Assembly (NCBI GenBank): GCA_016286365.1
Contig: JAEESN010000008.1
Coordinates: forward strand, 24,319-88,318
DNA: 64,000 nucleotides
Reading direction: 5' to 3'
Source of the DNA: Treponema sp.
GTDB lineage: Bacteria > Spirochaetota > Spirochaetia > Treponematales > Treponemataceae
Both the position numbers and the translations under genes were made by a program. The notes under the pieces were generated by a model that was not told the DNA's origin, did not search any database, and saw nothing but the letters and a program-made list of their open reading frames with translations. Positions 55,364-64,000 of the stretch are shown here, piece after piece; position 1 is the stretch's first letter; each line of letters begins with the position of its first letter.

Positions 55364-55502
55364 TAATCAGCCTGACGCTTAGATTGTACATAGATTATAC
55401 GCAGAATATACAATATAAATATACCTCAAAGTTGCACGGTTTTAGTAGACGATATAAAGATTTAGTTGTAAAATAGATATTATATATTTGTGGGTGGGGA
55501 CA

Positions 55503-56174
55503 ATGAATATATTACAAGACGGTATTAATCTTTATAAGCAGAAGGCCTATTCAGGTGCTCTTGCTTTCTTCTTATCTTTGCCGGCCAATTCCGGGGCAGA
55601 TAAAATCGAAATCGCATATTTTCTTGGACTTTGTTACGCTAAACTCGAACGCTATGATGATGCACTTTTGTATCTTGAGCAGGTAGTTACTTCCGGGGCT
55701 CAGCTTGAACGTGTGCTTCAGTGCCGCTTTTTACTTGCAGTTATCTATGCAATTTCGGGTAGAAAAAGACTTGCAGATTTTGAATTGAACAAACTTTTAG
55801 AAACAGGATATATGACTGCATCAGTATACGCTGCCATTGCATATATTGCGTGGGAACAAAGCGATACTGAAAAATGCATGAAATATTATGAAAGCTCTTT
55901 AGAAGAAGATCCTGATAACCTTACATCGCTGAACGGACTTGGTTATGTTCTTGCTTCAAATAACAAGGATTTAACAAGAGCTTTATCTTTATGCAAGAGT
56001 GCTGTAAAAAGAGCTCCTGATTCAGCAGCCTGCCTTGATTCACTTGGTTATGTTTACTACAAGCTTGGGCTTTACGACGATGCAAAAAAATACATTGAAC
56101 AGGCAGAACAGCTTGACGGACAGAATGTAGTGATTGCAGAGCACATGCAGCTTGTTCAAAAGGCAGGACGTTAA
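55503..56174 (+). CDS. TPR-repeat protein
   Basis: Repeated A/Y/L TPR pattern (YFLGLCYAKLERYDDALLYLEQ, GLGYVLASN, SLGYVYYKLGLYDDAKKYIEQA). I prefer ATG 55503 to the GTG at 55488. Confidence 0.65.
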   Translation: MNILQDGINLYKQKAYSGALAFFLSLPANSGADKIEIAYFLGLCYAKLERYDDALLYLEQVVTSGAQLERVLQCRFLLAVIYAISGRKRLADFELNKLLETGYMTASVYAAIAYIAWEQSDTEKCMKYYESSLEEDPDNLTSLNGLGYVLASNNKDLTRALSLCKSAVKRAPDSAACLDSLGYVYYKLGLYDDAKKYIEQAEQLDGQNVVIAEHMQLVQKAGR

Positions 56175-56176
56175 TT

Positions 56177-58243
56177 ATGAAAAAAATTATTGCTTCTGTT
56201 CTGATCATACTGGGACTCGTAAGTTTATCTTCTTCTCAGGAAACAACTTATACAGGCGGTATGGAAGTACCGAACGACAGAATAAGGACTCAGGCAGAGG
56301 GCGAAGCCGCAAGATGTTTCAGACTTGGTGTTCAGGCTTACTACAAAGGTTCTTATAACGAAGCAATAGTTGAATTCGAAAAATCACTTTCTTATCTTCC
56401 AAACGACAACCTCATTCTTGAATGGCTTGGAAATGCATACTACAAAGCCGGAATGGAAGGTTCAGCACTTGAATACTGGAAGACAGCTTCCGACAACGGA
56501 TACGGCGGAATACTCCTTCAGAATAAAATAGAAATTGTACGCGAAAGACGTGTTACAGGCGATTCTCTGGACAAGCTTTTAAAACTTTCCGAAGCAGGAA
56601 GCTTTGACGGAAACTATAACGGAAACTTTATCTTCAGCGGTCCGGTATCTGTATTACCGAATATGGACGGTACATTCTGGGTTGTTGCCTATAACACAAA
56701 CGAAGTTCTTCTTTTAAATCTTAATGGAAAAGTAATAGAAAGACTTACGGGGCCTTTGAACGGTTTTGACCGTCCGCTTGATATTGTAAGAATGTCCGAT
56801 GGAAAACTTTTGGTTTCTGAAAGCGCCGGAGACAGAATTGCATTATTGAACGAAAAAGGTTCATTCGAAAAATACATCGGCTCTAAGGGAAGGGGACTTG
56901 GAAATATGGTTGGTCCTCAGTACATAGCCCTGGATTATTTAGACAGAATCTATGTAACAGATTACGGTAACCGCCGTGTAGATGTTTTCGACAAGGATGG
57001 AAACGCACTTTATTTCTTTGGCGGAAAAGCTGCCGGATTTAACGGATTACGCGGTCCTACAGGTATCATAGTTGTTGGAGACAGCGTATACGTTGCGGAC
57101 GAAGACATAGGATGTATTTATGAATTTGACCGTTCCGGTAACTACGTGCAGGAGCTTGTTCAGCCTGGTACATTCAAAAAACCTGAATCAATGAAGCTCT
57201 GGCAGAACGATGTAATCATCTGCGATAAAAATAAAATCTATTCGGTTGACCTTGATACAGGTGCCTTAATGGAATACGGAAATACAGGAAAGGGTAAAAC
57301 AAGAATTACTGCAGCAGTTCCGGATGTAAACAACAATCTTTTAGTAACAGACTTTTATGCAAACGAAGTTTATGTAATGTCAAAGATGCAGGAGCTTGTA
57401 GGCGGATTATTCGTTCAGATAGAAAATGTTGATGCTTCTAAGTTCCCGAATGTTACTGTAGAAGTAAAAGTAGAAAACCGCCACAGACAGCCTGTCGTTG
57501 GTCTTCAGGACGAAAACTTCTATTTCCAGGAGAAAAACAGACCGGTTGGATCTGTAAAATTTATTGGAAGTGCCGCAAACAATACTTATGCCGATATCAC
57601 AATTGTTATAGACCGCTCGAATACTACAAGAGCATATAAAAACGAAATCGAAATGGCTGTAAAAGAGATTGCAGATTCCATGAACGGAAGGGGAACCTTG
57701 AGGGTTGTTTCTGCCGGAAGCGTTCCTGTAACCGAATATATTGGAAATCCAGATAGACTTGGAAACTTCAGCCTTGATGCATTAAAAAATCCTATGACAA
57801 CTTCTGTTGCCGTAGATACTGCAATCAGGCTTTCTGCAAACGATTTAATCAATTCAACTAAAAAGCGTTCAATCATCTATATTTCCGATGGAACAACATC
57901 TTATCAGGCTTTCGAAAAATATAATCTTGCAGAACTCACTGCTTTCTTAAACAACAACGCAATCGGATTTTCTATGATTCAGGTTTCTCAGGGTGCGGTG
58001 GATGCAGAAGTTCAGTACATAATCGATAATACATGCGGGGATCTTTATTACGTATTCAGGGCAGAAGGTCTTAAGGGAATTTATAACGACATTGTAAATA
58101 TTCCACAGGGCGTATATCAGCTTTCGTTTACATCAACCTTGCCTACAAACTTTGGTGAAAATTATCTTCCGCTCGAAATCGAAGTTTATCTTTTGAACAG
58201 AAGCGGTCGTGCAGAAAGCGGCTATTTTGCACCTCTAAAGTAA
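56177..58243 (+). CDS. Secreted TPR / NHL-repeat (beta-propeller) / VWA-like multidomain protein
   Basis: Signal peptide. TPR segment (YYKGSYNEAIVEFEKSL). NHL-like repeats (IYVTDYGNRRVDVFDKDG, VYVADEDIGCIYEFDRSG). The C-terminal region with ITIVIDRSNT looks VWA-like. Confidence 0.6.
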   Translation: MKKIIASVLIILGLVSLSSSQETTYTGGMEVPNDRIRTQAEGEAARCFRLGVQAYYKGSYNEAIVEFEKSLSYLPNDNLILEWLGNAYYKAGMEGSALEYWKTASDNGYGGILLQNKIEIVRERRVTGDSLDKLLKLSEAGSFDGNYNGNFIFSGPVSVLPNMDGTFWVVAYNTNEVLLLNLNGKVIERLTGPLNGFDRPLDIVRMSDGKLLVSESAGDRIALLNEKGSFEKYIGSKGRGLGNMVGPQYIALDYLDRIYVTDYGNRRVDVFDKDGNALYFFGGKAAGFNGLRGPTGIIVVGDSVYVADEDIGCIYEFDRSGNYVQELVQPGTFKKPESMKLWQNDVIICDKNKIYSVDLDTGALMEYGNTGKGKTRITAAVPDVNNNLLVTDFYANEVYVMSKMQELVGGLFVQIENVDASKFPNVTVEVKVENRHRQPVVGLQDENFYFQEKNRPVGSVKFIGSAANNTYADITIVIDRSNTTRAYKNEIEMAVKEIADSMNGRGTLRVVSAGSVPVTEYIGNPDRLGNFSLDALKNPMTTSVAVDTAIRLSANDLINSTKKRSIIYISDGTTSYQAFEKYNLAELTAFLNNNAIGFSMIQVSQGAVDAEVQYIIDNTCGDLYYVFRAEGLKGIYNDIVNIPQGVYQLSFTSTLPTNFGENYLPLEIEVYLLNRSGRAESGYFAPLK

Positions 58244-58270
58244 AATAGCAAAGATAATTCAGAAATAATT

Positions 58271-61200
58271 TTAGAATAAGAGTTTAGCTCCAAGACTCAT
58301 CTTAAAGTCAATCGTATTTGCCTTTGTTTCGTACTGATTAAATACTAATCCGAGTGAACCTGTAATCGTATAATTCTTTTTAACTGTAACATCACACACG
58401 TGGCTTATTTCGTATGAGCTTAAGAACTCTGTAGTATTTTTTCCGAACGAAAGATTAATGATTTCTTTTCTTGAAACTTTTGAATCTTCTACTTTTAAAT
58501 CTTTGATTATTAATTTTGGAAGATACCAGAGAATAGAAAAGTTTCCGCCGTGATTCCACAAAAGCGTAAATCTTAATTTCCAGTTATCTGTAGAAGACAT
58601 TGTAAAATCATCAGCAATTTTAAGTGTATTCTGTGCATCTACAAACATGAGGTAACTTTCGTAGAACGATATGAGGTATGAAGTTTTATCGGAGCTTCCA
58701 AATGGCAGAACAAAAGAAGAAGTAAAGCTGCAGTTATATTCATCCTGATTATAAAGACTTGTTAGCGACATCTTACCGTTTTTACCAAAGAGGTTTACAA
58801 AATTAAACATTACAGAAAATTTTGCCTGATAGATATCGTTTGTAATTTCTGTCTGACGGATATCTCTTGTGCAGGAAAAAGAAATATTTGTAGGAATGAA
58901 TAAATCTTTTATTGAGTTAGAAAGCTTTCTCTTAAAACTGATGTCGTATTTTGTAGAATAGAATGCCGAATTATATGGTCCACTAAATTCTGATGGAATG
59001 TCTTTTGTAAATAAATCGTAGAACGGAACAAGTGTAAAAATAAGGCTGTTGTTGTTAAAGCTTTCAAACGAAGTCTGCAGGTCGTTTCCGTAGGTGGCAA
59101 GGCTTATATTATTCTGATTTTTTCCGGCGCTTCTTGAAAGAGAAAAACTCAAGGTATTCTGACCGACTGAAACTGGCACAGTAAAAAGAAGTGTATTTGA
59201 ACTCTGATATTCATTTGTGTTTTTGTATAAGCCTGCAGCGCTGAATGTGATTACAGGTTTTACTTTTTTAAAATCCATCGTTAAGATAGATTTAAAATCA
59301 TTTTTACGGCTTAAATTTCCAGCGAGGGAAGAAGAAAATTCTATATCTTTTATGAGCGAAAGCCCTGTAAAATAATTTTTATCTTCAAGGCCAGATAAAT
59401 CCGAAGAAGCATTTTGATTAAGATTAAAGCTTGTTACGCTTGTAAAATTATAATCGCTTACCGGAATATTGAATTTTAATTCGGATGAATAACTTTGCCT
59501 TTTTTCGTTTACAGAAGAAAGTCCCTGTGCCGTAAAGCTTAAAGAAAGAGGGAATTTTATTTTATTAAAATCAAGGAGTAAGGAGTTTGAAGTTTCAATC
59601 TGATTTTGTGCGGTGTATCTGTAAAGCTCCGAAATGCTCAAAAAATTAAAATAAGGTTTTTCTGTCTGAACGCTGTGACCCGCATTTTGTAAGATGTTTT
59701 TATTATCCTGGTCTGTTCGTCCCATAAATGATGAATCAAACGAAAGCTTGGTGTCTAAAACAGAAACTGCGGCTTTTGCCTCTGCGCTGAGCGAAGTTGC
59801 AGAAGAAATATTTTGAAGCGATGAAAGATGAACTTCCGGATTTTTTATTACTTCTAGGTCATTTATTTTATATACAAAATCTGAATCTTTATAATCAAAG
59901 GCAAGGTAGTTTCTTGCATAAACGTTTGTTTTTGAGCCTGTAAAATAAACTGAGCCCGAAAGGAAAGTTCCCTGCGTAACTTTTTTAGAGCCGATTACGG
60001 TATTAAAAATAACTTTCTGGCAGGATGGACTTACATTCTTATCTACAAAAAGTGTGTAGTCCGAAGAAGCAAGCTTTGTTCCATCTATCCATACGCTCAA
60101 ATCCTCAAGGCCCACGCGTATAGAATGCCAGGTTTCCGCTGCGCCGACATACGACTGTATAACTGCAGACGGAACGCTTAGTTTTAAGGCGGTTTTCCCC
60201 GGCAGGTCTGCAGTTGAAAGAATTAAAGTCACGCCTTCTGAATTGATTTGTGTATGGTTTTGTGTAGAAGAGGCCGTGTATGAAAAATCGTAGTTTATGT
60301 ATTTATAGCCTTCGAATGAGGATGCATTAAAGTATTTTTCCAGGGTAATCAAAAGTTTATCATCATCTAAAGATGAATCATCATTCTGCCACAAAACCAT
60401 ATCTGAATAATATGAATCAAAATATTTTTTTGCAGCAGGCGAAGAATTAGAAGGAGTAGTCGTGCTTACAGTAAAGATTGAACTGTCCGCTTTAATAAGG
60501 GCATTTTTTTCGTGAGGCTCGTATGGTCCTGCATAAATAAGCCCTGTTTTTTCGTCCCCCGAAGGATTAAAATTTTTCTTAACTATTATGAGTCTTGCGT
60601 CGTGCAGGCTTATGAGTTTTACCCTGGAAGAATCAGGAATTTTAATCTTTATAAACTGCCAGTCATCCGCTGTAAAATCAAAATACTGTAAAACGTTACT
60701 GTCCAGAGTTCCGTTCGAAGAAAGCTTCCAGGTAGGAATATCATTTTTGATTTCTCCTGAAAAATCGTTTTCTGCTTTTACACCAAGCTGAAGGTAAAGT
60801 TCATAATCACCTGCAGAAGAAAGTGGAATGTCATTTTTTAAAGCAAGTTCAAGAATCGAAGAATTATAAAGAACTCCTTTATCTGTAAGCCTTATGTCCA
60901 CGCTTGCCCATGCAGCCTCTCCCGAAAGAACTGAGTTAAAATTCCATTCAAGAGGGATTTTATATCCGCTTAAGTTTTCTTCCCTTGAACCGCGGAAATT
61001 TTCTACAGTAGAATTATTTTCTTCCAAAAGCTCCGGAGCCCCTGTAAAATTCAATTCTGGTACAACATGGGTTTTATATCCTGAATCTTCACTGTGATAA
61101 TAAACCTGGCTCTTATCTGCATTTATGTCGTTTAAGATAAATACATCTTTTATGTTTTCGTTTTCTACAGAAAGGGCCAATGCTTCTTCGGCCTTATACT

Positions 61201-62938
61201 TTGGAGTTTCGTATGTAATACCTGTTGTAAGGGCTGTGTAAAGCGAAAATCCTGAATCCCAGGTTGCGTAATCAGTAAATGGAGCAAAAGGAAAGCGTGC
61301 CGTTAAACTTGTGTTTAATTTAAAGCGGTCAGAAAAATTATAAACAAAACCGGCTCCTGCAACAAAAGCTCCCGATGCGAATGAATTACTTTCGTCTTCC
61401 CATGTGATATAAACCTTATCTATGTCTGTTACGTTTACAGATGGAGTTACAAAGCCCGATGTAGAAGAGTAGACAGCCTGTTTATCCTGAATGCCGTTTA
61501 CATAAACTTTTACCGAACCCGCCGAAGCTTTTTTCCCGATGTCGTAATAAGAAACCTTTGAATAGATTCTTGAGCGGATTATAAAAGGAGTTTTTGATTC
61601 ATTTGTAAGATAGACATAAGGATCTGAATCTGCAAAAGGATAGCGGTTTTCTGCCCTGGTATAGTCGCCTGAATACGCACTGTAAACTTTATTATAAACG
61701 CTTGTGTATATGTGATTTTCTTCAAAAAAATCAGTCTGGGTGAATGTGTTGTCCTTTTCTAAAACGAGTGCTTCGTAGCGTGTAATAAGTTCATCAGTGT
61801 TTTTTGTTACAACCTGAACCCTTGCTTCGCTCTTTAATCCTGAATCATAATCAGCGCAGTACAAAAATGGAGAAAAGCCTGATTTACTCTGAATCTTTAA
61901 TGCATCTTCGCCAGCGATACTGTTCTTGATTTCGTATGAATATTTTTCTAAGTTGATTGATGAATCAGCGGTTTTAAAAAACTCTTGAATGCTTCCAAGG
62001 TAGGTCCCGGAGTTTGAATAGCTTCCAAGTGAACTTATAAGGCTTTGTACGCTTGCACTCTGATTAAATGTTATAAGAATTTCGGGCACTTTATTTTTTG
62101 TTTTTCCGCCGCCTGCTTTTTTAGAAAGGCTCAAGGTTTTTAGCGAAAGATTTGTGATGTAATCAGCTTTAGAAAGTTTTTTATATCTTATTCCATCTTT
62201 GTCCCGGTATTCGCCGTTATCTGCTTCCACATAAATGTCTTTTATGCTGCCAAGAATATTTTCATCAGGTATTACAAAGGTGCGTCCGTATACGTAATCA
62301 TAAAGATTTATTTTTGTGTCTGTAACGCTGTTTTTTCCGTAATAAGTTGCATTCCGGCTTTTTGTCATGTCGTAGCGCAGAAGAAGGTCAATAAGATATT
62401 TTTTTTCTTCGGGCTCTTCAAAATGAAAGTAAACACCTGGCGCTTCGTTTGCACCACCAGCAGGATTATAGTTAAAATGTTTTACCGAATAATAATCGGG
62501 GAAGATTATATTTCTGTTCGAAAAAACAAAGGTCTTTAAACTTCCATCTCCCTTATAGCTTAAGGTGAAAGTGTTATTGTCGTAATTATCGAGGAACTGG
62601 ACTAAAAGCTTCCAGTTTTCGTTTATATTAAAGATGGCGCTTAAATCAATTTCCTGTTTAAATACCGGGATTGTAAAAGATGGTGAAAAGGTGTGACTGT
62701 TTCCAAAGCTTGCAATAAAACTGTCTTCTACGCTTCCTTTCCAGTATCCTTTGATTTCCCATTTGAATAATTGAGTAGGCGCTTCTGTTTCTTCTTTTAC
62801 ACCGGGAGCTTGGGGTAAAATGCCTGCAGCACCTTTTTGCACAGCGTGATTATCTTCTGCAAATACCGCTCGTGTAAATAAAGAAGCCGCCAGCATAAAA
62901 AGAACAAGCTTAACTCCTCTTTTAAAACTTTCGAGCAT
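58271..62938 (-). CDS. Giant (1555 aa) secreted beta-rich, probably outer-membrane protein, counted from internal ATG 62938
   Basis: MLESFKRGVKLVLFMLAASLFTRAVFA-EDN is a classical signal peptide. The remainder is Y/S/N/T/F-rich and ends ...FKMSLGAKLLF (terminal Phe). It lies in frame with, and is not separated by a stop from, upstream dinB. Confidence 0.6.
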   Translation of the reverse strand: MLESFKRGVKLVLFMLAASLFTRAVFAEDNHAVQKGAAGILPQAPGVKEETEAPTQLFKWEIKGYWKGSVEDSFIASFGNSHTFSPSFTIPVFKQEIDLSAIFNINENWKLLVQFLDNYDNNTFTLSYKGDGSLKTFVFSNRNIIFPDYYSVKHFNYNPAGGANEAPGVYFHFEEPEEKKYLIDLLLRYDMTKSRNATYYGKNSVTDTKINLYDYVYGRTFVIPDENILGSIKDIYVEADNGEYRDKDGIRYKKLSKADYITNLSLKTLSLSKKAGGGKTKNKVPEILITFNQSASVQSLISSLGSYSNSGTYLGSIQEFFKTADSSINLEKYSYEIKNSIAGEDALKIQSKSGFSPFLYCADYDSGLKSEARVQVVTKNTDELITRYEALVLEKDNTFTQTDFFEENHIYTSVYNKVYSAYSGDYTRAENRYPFADSDPYVYLTNESKTPFIIRSRIYSKVSYYDIGKKASAGSVKVYVNGIQDKQAVYSSTSGFVTPSVNVTDIDKVYITWEDESNSFASGAFVAGAGFVYNFSDRFKLNTSLTARFPFAPFTDYATWDSGFSLYTALTTGITYETPKYKAEEALALSVENENIKDVFILNDINADKSQVYYHSEDSGYKTHVVPELNFTGAPELLEENNSTVENFRGSREENLSGYKIPLEWNFNSVLSGEAAWASVDIRLTDKGVLYNSSILELALKNDIPLSSAGDYELYLQLGVKAENDFSGEIKNDIPTWKLSSNGTLDSNVLQYFDFTADDWQFIKIKIPDSSRVKLISLHDARLIIVKKNFNPSGDEKTGLIYAGPYEPHEKNALIKADSSIFTVSTTTPSNSSPAAKKYFDSYYSDMVLWQNDDSSLDDDKLLITLEKYFNASSFEGYKYINYDFSYTASSTQNHTQINSEGVTLILSTADLPGKTALKLSVPSAVIQSYVGAAETWHSIRVGLEDLSVWIDGTKLASSDYTLFVDKNVSPSCQKVIFNTVIGSKKVTQGTFLSGSVYFTGSKTNVYARNYLAFDYKDSDFVYKINDLEVIKNPEVHLSSLQNISSATSLSAEAKAAVSVLDTKLSFDSSFMGRTDQDNKNILQNAGHSVQTEKPYFNFLSISELYRYTAQNQIETSNSLLLDFNKIKFPLSLSFTAQGLSSVNEKRQSYSSELKFNIPVSDYNFTSVTSFNLNQNASSDLSGLEDKNYFTGLSLIKDIEFSSSLAGNLSRKNDFKSILTMDFKKVKPVITFSAAGLYKNTNEYQSSNTLLFTVPVSVGQNTLSFSLSRSAGKNQNNISLATYGNDLQTSFESFNNNSLIFTLVPFYDLFTKDIPSEFSGPYNSAFYSTKYDISFKRKLSNSIKDLFIPTNISFSCTRDIRQTEITNDIYQAKFSVMFNFVNLFGKNGKMSLTSLYNQDEYNCSFTSSFVLPFGSSDKTSYLISFYESYLMFVDAQNTLKIADDFTMSSTDNWKLRFTLLWNHGGNFSILWYLPKLIIKDLKVEDSKVSRKEIINLSFGKNTTEFLSSYEISHVCDVTVKKNYTITGSLGLVFNQYETKANTIDFKMSLGAKLLF

Positions 62939-64000
62939 TCTTGCTTTATGCACTTTAATTTCGGGGTGCTTTTTTTCGAGGTTTAAGATTGCTTTTTCTA
63001 CCTTCTGTTTTTTTTCTGTTCCGTCGTCGAATAAATCCTGCTGGAATGGTTTTTCTTCTTTTTCGATATTTTCAAGACCCACGCCCAAAAGTCTTATTCC
63101 TCGACCTTTCTGCCATTTTTCTTCAAAAAGTTCACGGGCATAGTTATAAAGAGAATCAAGTGTGAGGATGTTTTTTGAATAAGTTTTCTGGATAGAAAAA
63201 GTTGAAAAATCTTCGTAGCGGAGTTTTATGAATACTGTGCGCGAAAATCCGTTTTCCCTTAAAAGGCGGAACATTATTCCGTGGCATAATTCTAAGATAT
63301 AAGTTTCGAGTGTATATAAATCTGTAATGTCTGTAATAAAAGTTTTTTCTGCACTGATTGAATGAGATTTTGTTTTTCTGTCGAATGCTTCGTTAATGTT
63401 TCCACGTACAGCATCGTATAAAAATCTTCCGGAATTTTCTCCGAACATAAAAATAAGGCTGTCTAAGGGTTTATCGTGAATGTCTTTTGTAGTTAAAAGT
63501 CCTTTCTGCTTTAAGCTTTCCTGCATCTTACTTCCAACGCCAAAGATTTTTTTTATTGGAAGCCCCAGCATAAAGCTTTCTTCTTCGCCCGGTTTTACCA
63601 TGAATAATCCGTCGGGCTTATTTATATCCGAAGCAATTTTTGCAAGATACTTTGTTGGGGCTATTCCGATAGAAACTGTAAGCCCGGTTTTTTCTTTAAT
63701 TTCGTCTTTTATTCTTCTGGCTGTTTCTTCGGGTGCTCCGAATAATTTTTCTGTACCCGTGATGTCTATGAATGCTTCGTCTATGGACATCTGCTGAAAG
63801 TCCGGCGAATAGTTTTTTATTATCTGCATTATGATGTAGGAAATTTGCGAGTAGCGCTCCATTCTTCCATGCACGAATATACCGTTGGGGCAGAGCTTAT
63901 AAGCCATGTATGTTGGCATTGCAGAATGAACACCGTATTTACGCGCTTCGTAGGAGGCGGTGGAAACGACGCTTCTTTTGTCTTCGGGTTTGCCGCCGAC
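62939..64000 (-). CDS. dinB: DNA polymerase IV (DinB, Y-family). The N-terminus is outside the window, and there is no stop codon before the downstream gene.
   Basis: VVSTASYEARKYGVHSAMP...SIDEAFIDITG...SIGIAPTKYLAKIASDINKPDG...IFGVGSK...IRLLGVGL are all DinB motifs. The frame is open from 64000 through 62939 into the next protein. Confidence 0.85.

Overview
This 64-kb window is AT-rich chromosome that looks spirochaetal and Treponema-like. The evidence is two FlaB-type core flagellins (MIINHNMS... N-termini) and the gene order flgN-like, flgK, flgL, fliW, csrA. All product calls rest on motifs I recognise by eye; no database search was possible.

(1) Positions 1 to about 14435 are the right-hand part of an integrated conjugative or mobilisable element, inserted next to the 3' end of tRNA-Val.
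- It carries a giant Ig-repeat lipoprotein, virB10/virB9/virB8-like genes, a MOB relaxase, and a run of tiny overlapping Cys-rich and transmembrane ORFs.
- It also carries a type IA topoisomerase, an Xre repressor and a tyrosine integrase.
- It contains a private family of 18-22 bp GC-rich perfect palindromes.

(2) Positions 14.5-31 kb are housekeeping genes.
- These are an OMP-like protein, lipoproteins, an AI-2E transporter, serS, an smc operon, a DEAD-box helicase, a glycosyltransferase, and clpX-clpP-tig.
- A six-tRNA cluster follows (Gly, Gly, Leu, Lys, Arg, His).

(3) Positions 31.7-43 kb are flagellar loci.
- A sigma28-driven flgN-like/flgK/flgL/fliW/csrA operon sits on the plus strand.
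- On the minus strand, flaG-fliD runs on into tsaE/tsaB, and there are two flaB genes.
- One flaB has a sigma28 promoter and a CsrA-type GGA hairpin in its leader.

(4) Positions 43-58 kb hold further genes.
- These are rdgB, a sigma-factor-like protein behind a perfect sigma54 promoter, nrnA, tRNA-Met(CAT), and an nrdR-nrdD / glycyl-radical-redoxin / nrdG cluster with NrdR boxes.
- lnt, a GHMP kinase, and TPR / NHL / VWA proteins follow.

(5) Positions 58.3-64 kb hold a dinB gene with no stop codon. It runs in frame into a 1555-aa beta-rich protein that has its own signal peptide.

The observations most worth a second look are:
- the split class III ribonucleotide reductase, whose glycyl-radical domain is fused to a thioredoxin-fold domain;
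- the dinB / giant-protein in-frame junction beside an A7 tract;
- the sigma54 promoter in front of a sigma-like gene;
- the palindrome family and the mini-protein array of the mobile element.

No CRISPR array, rRNA or recognisable defence operon was seen.
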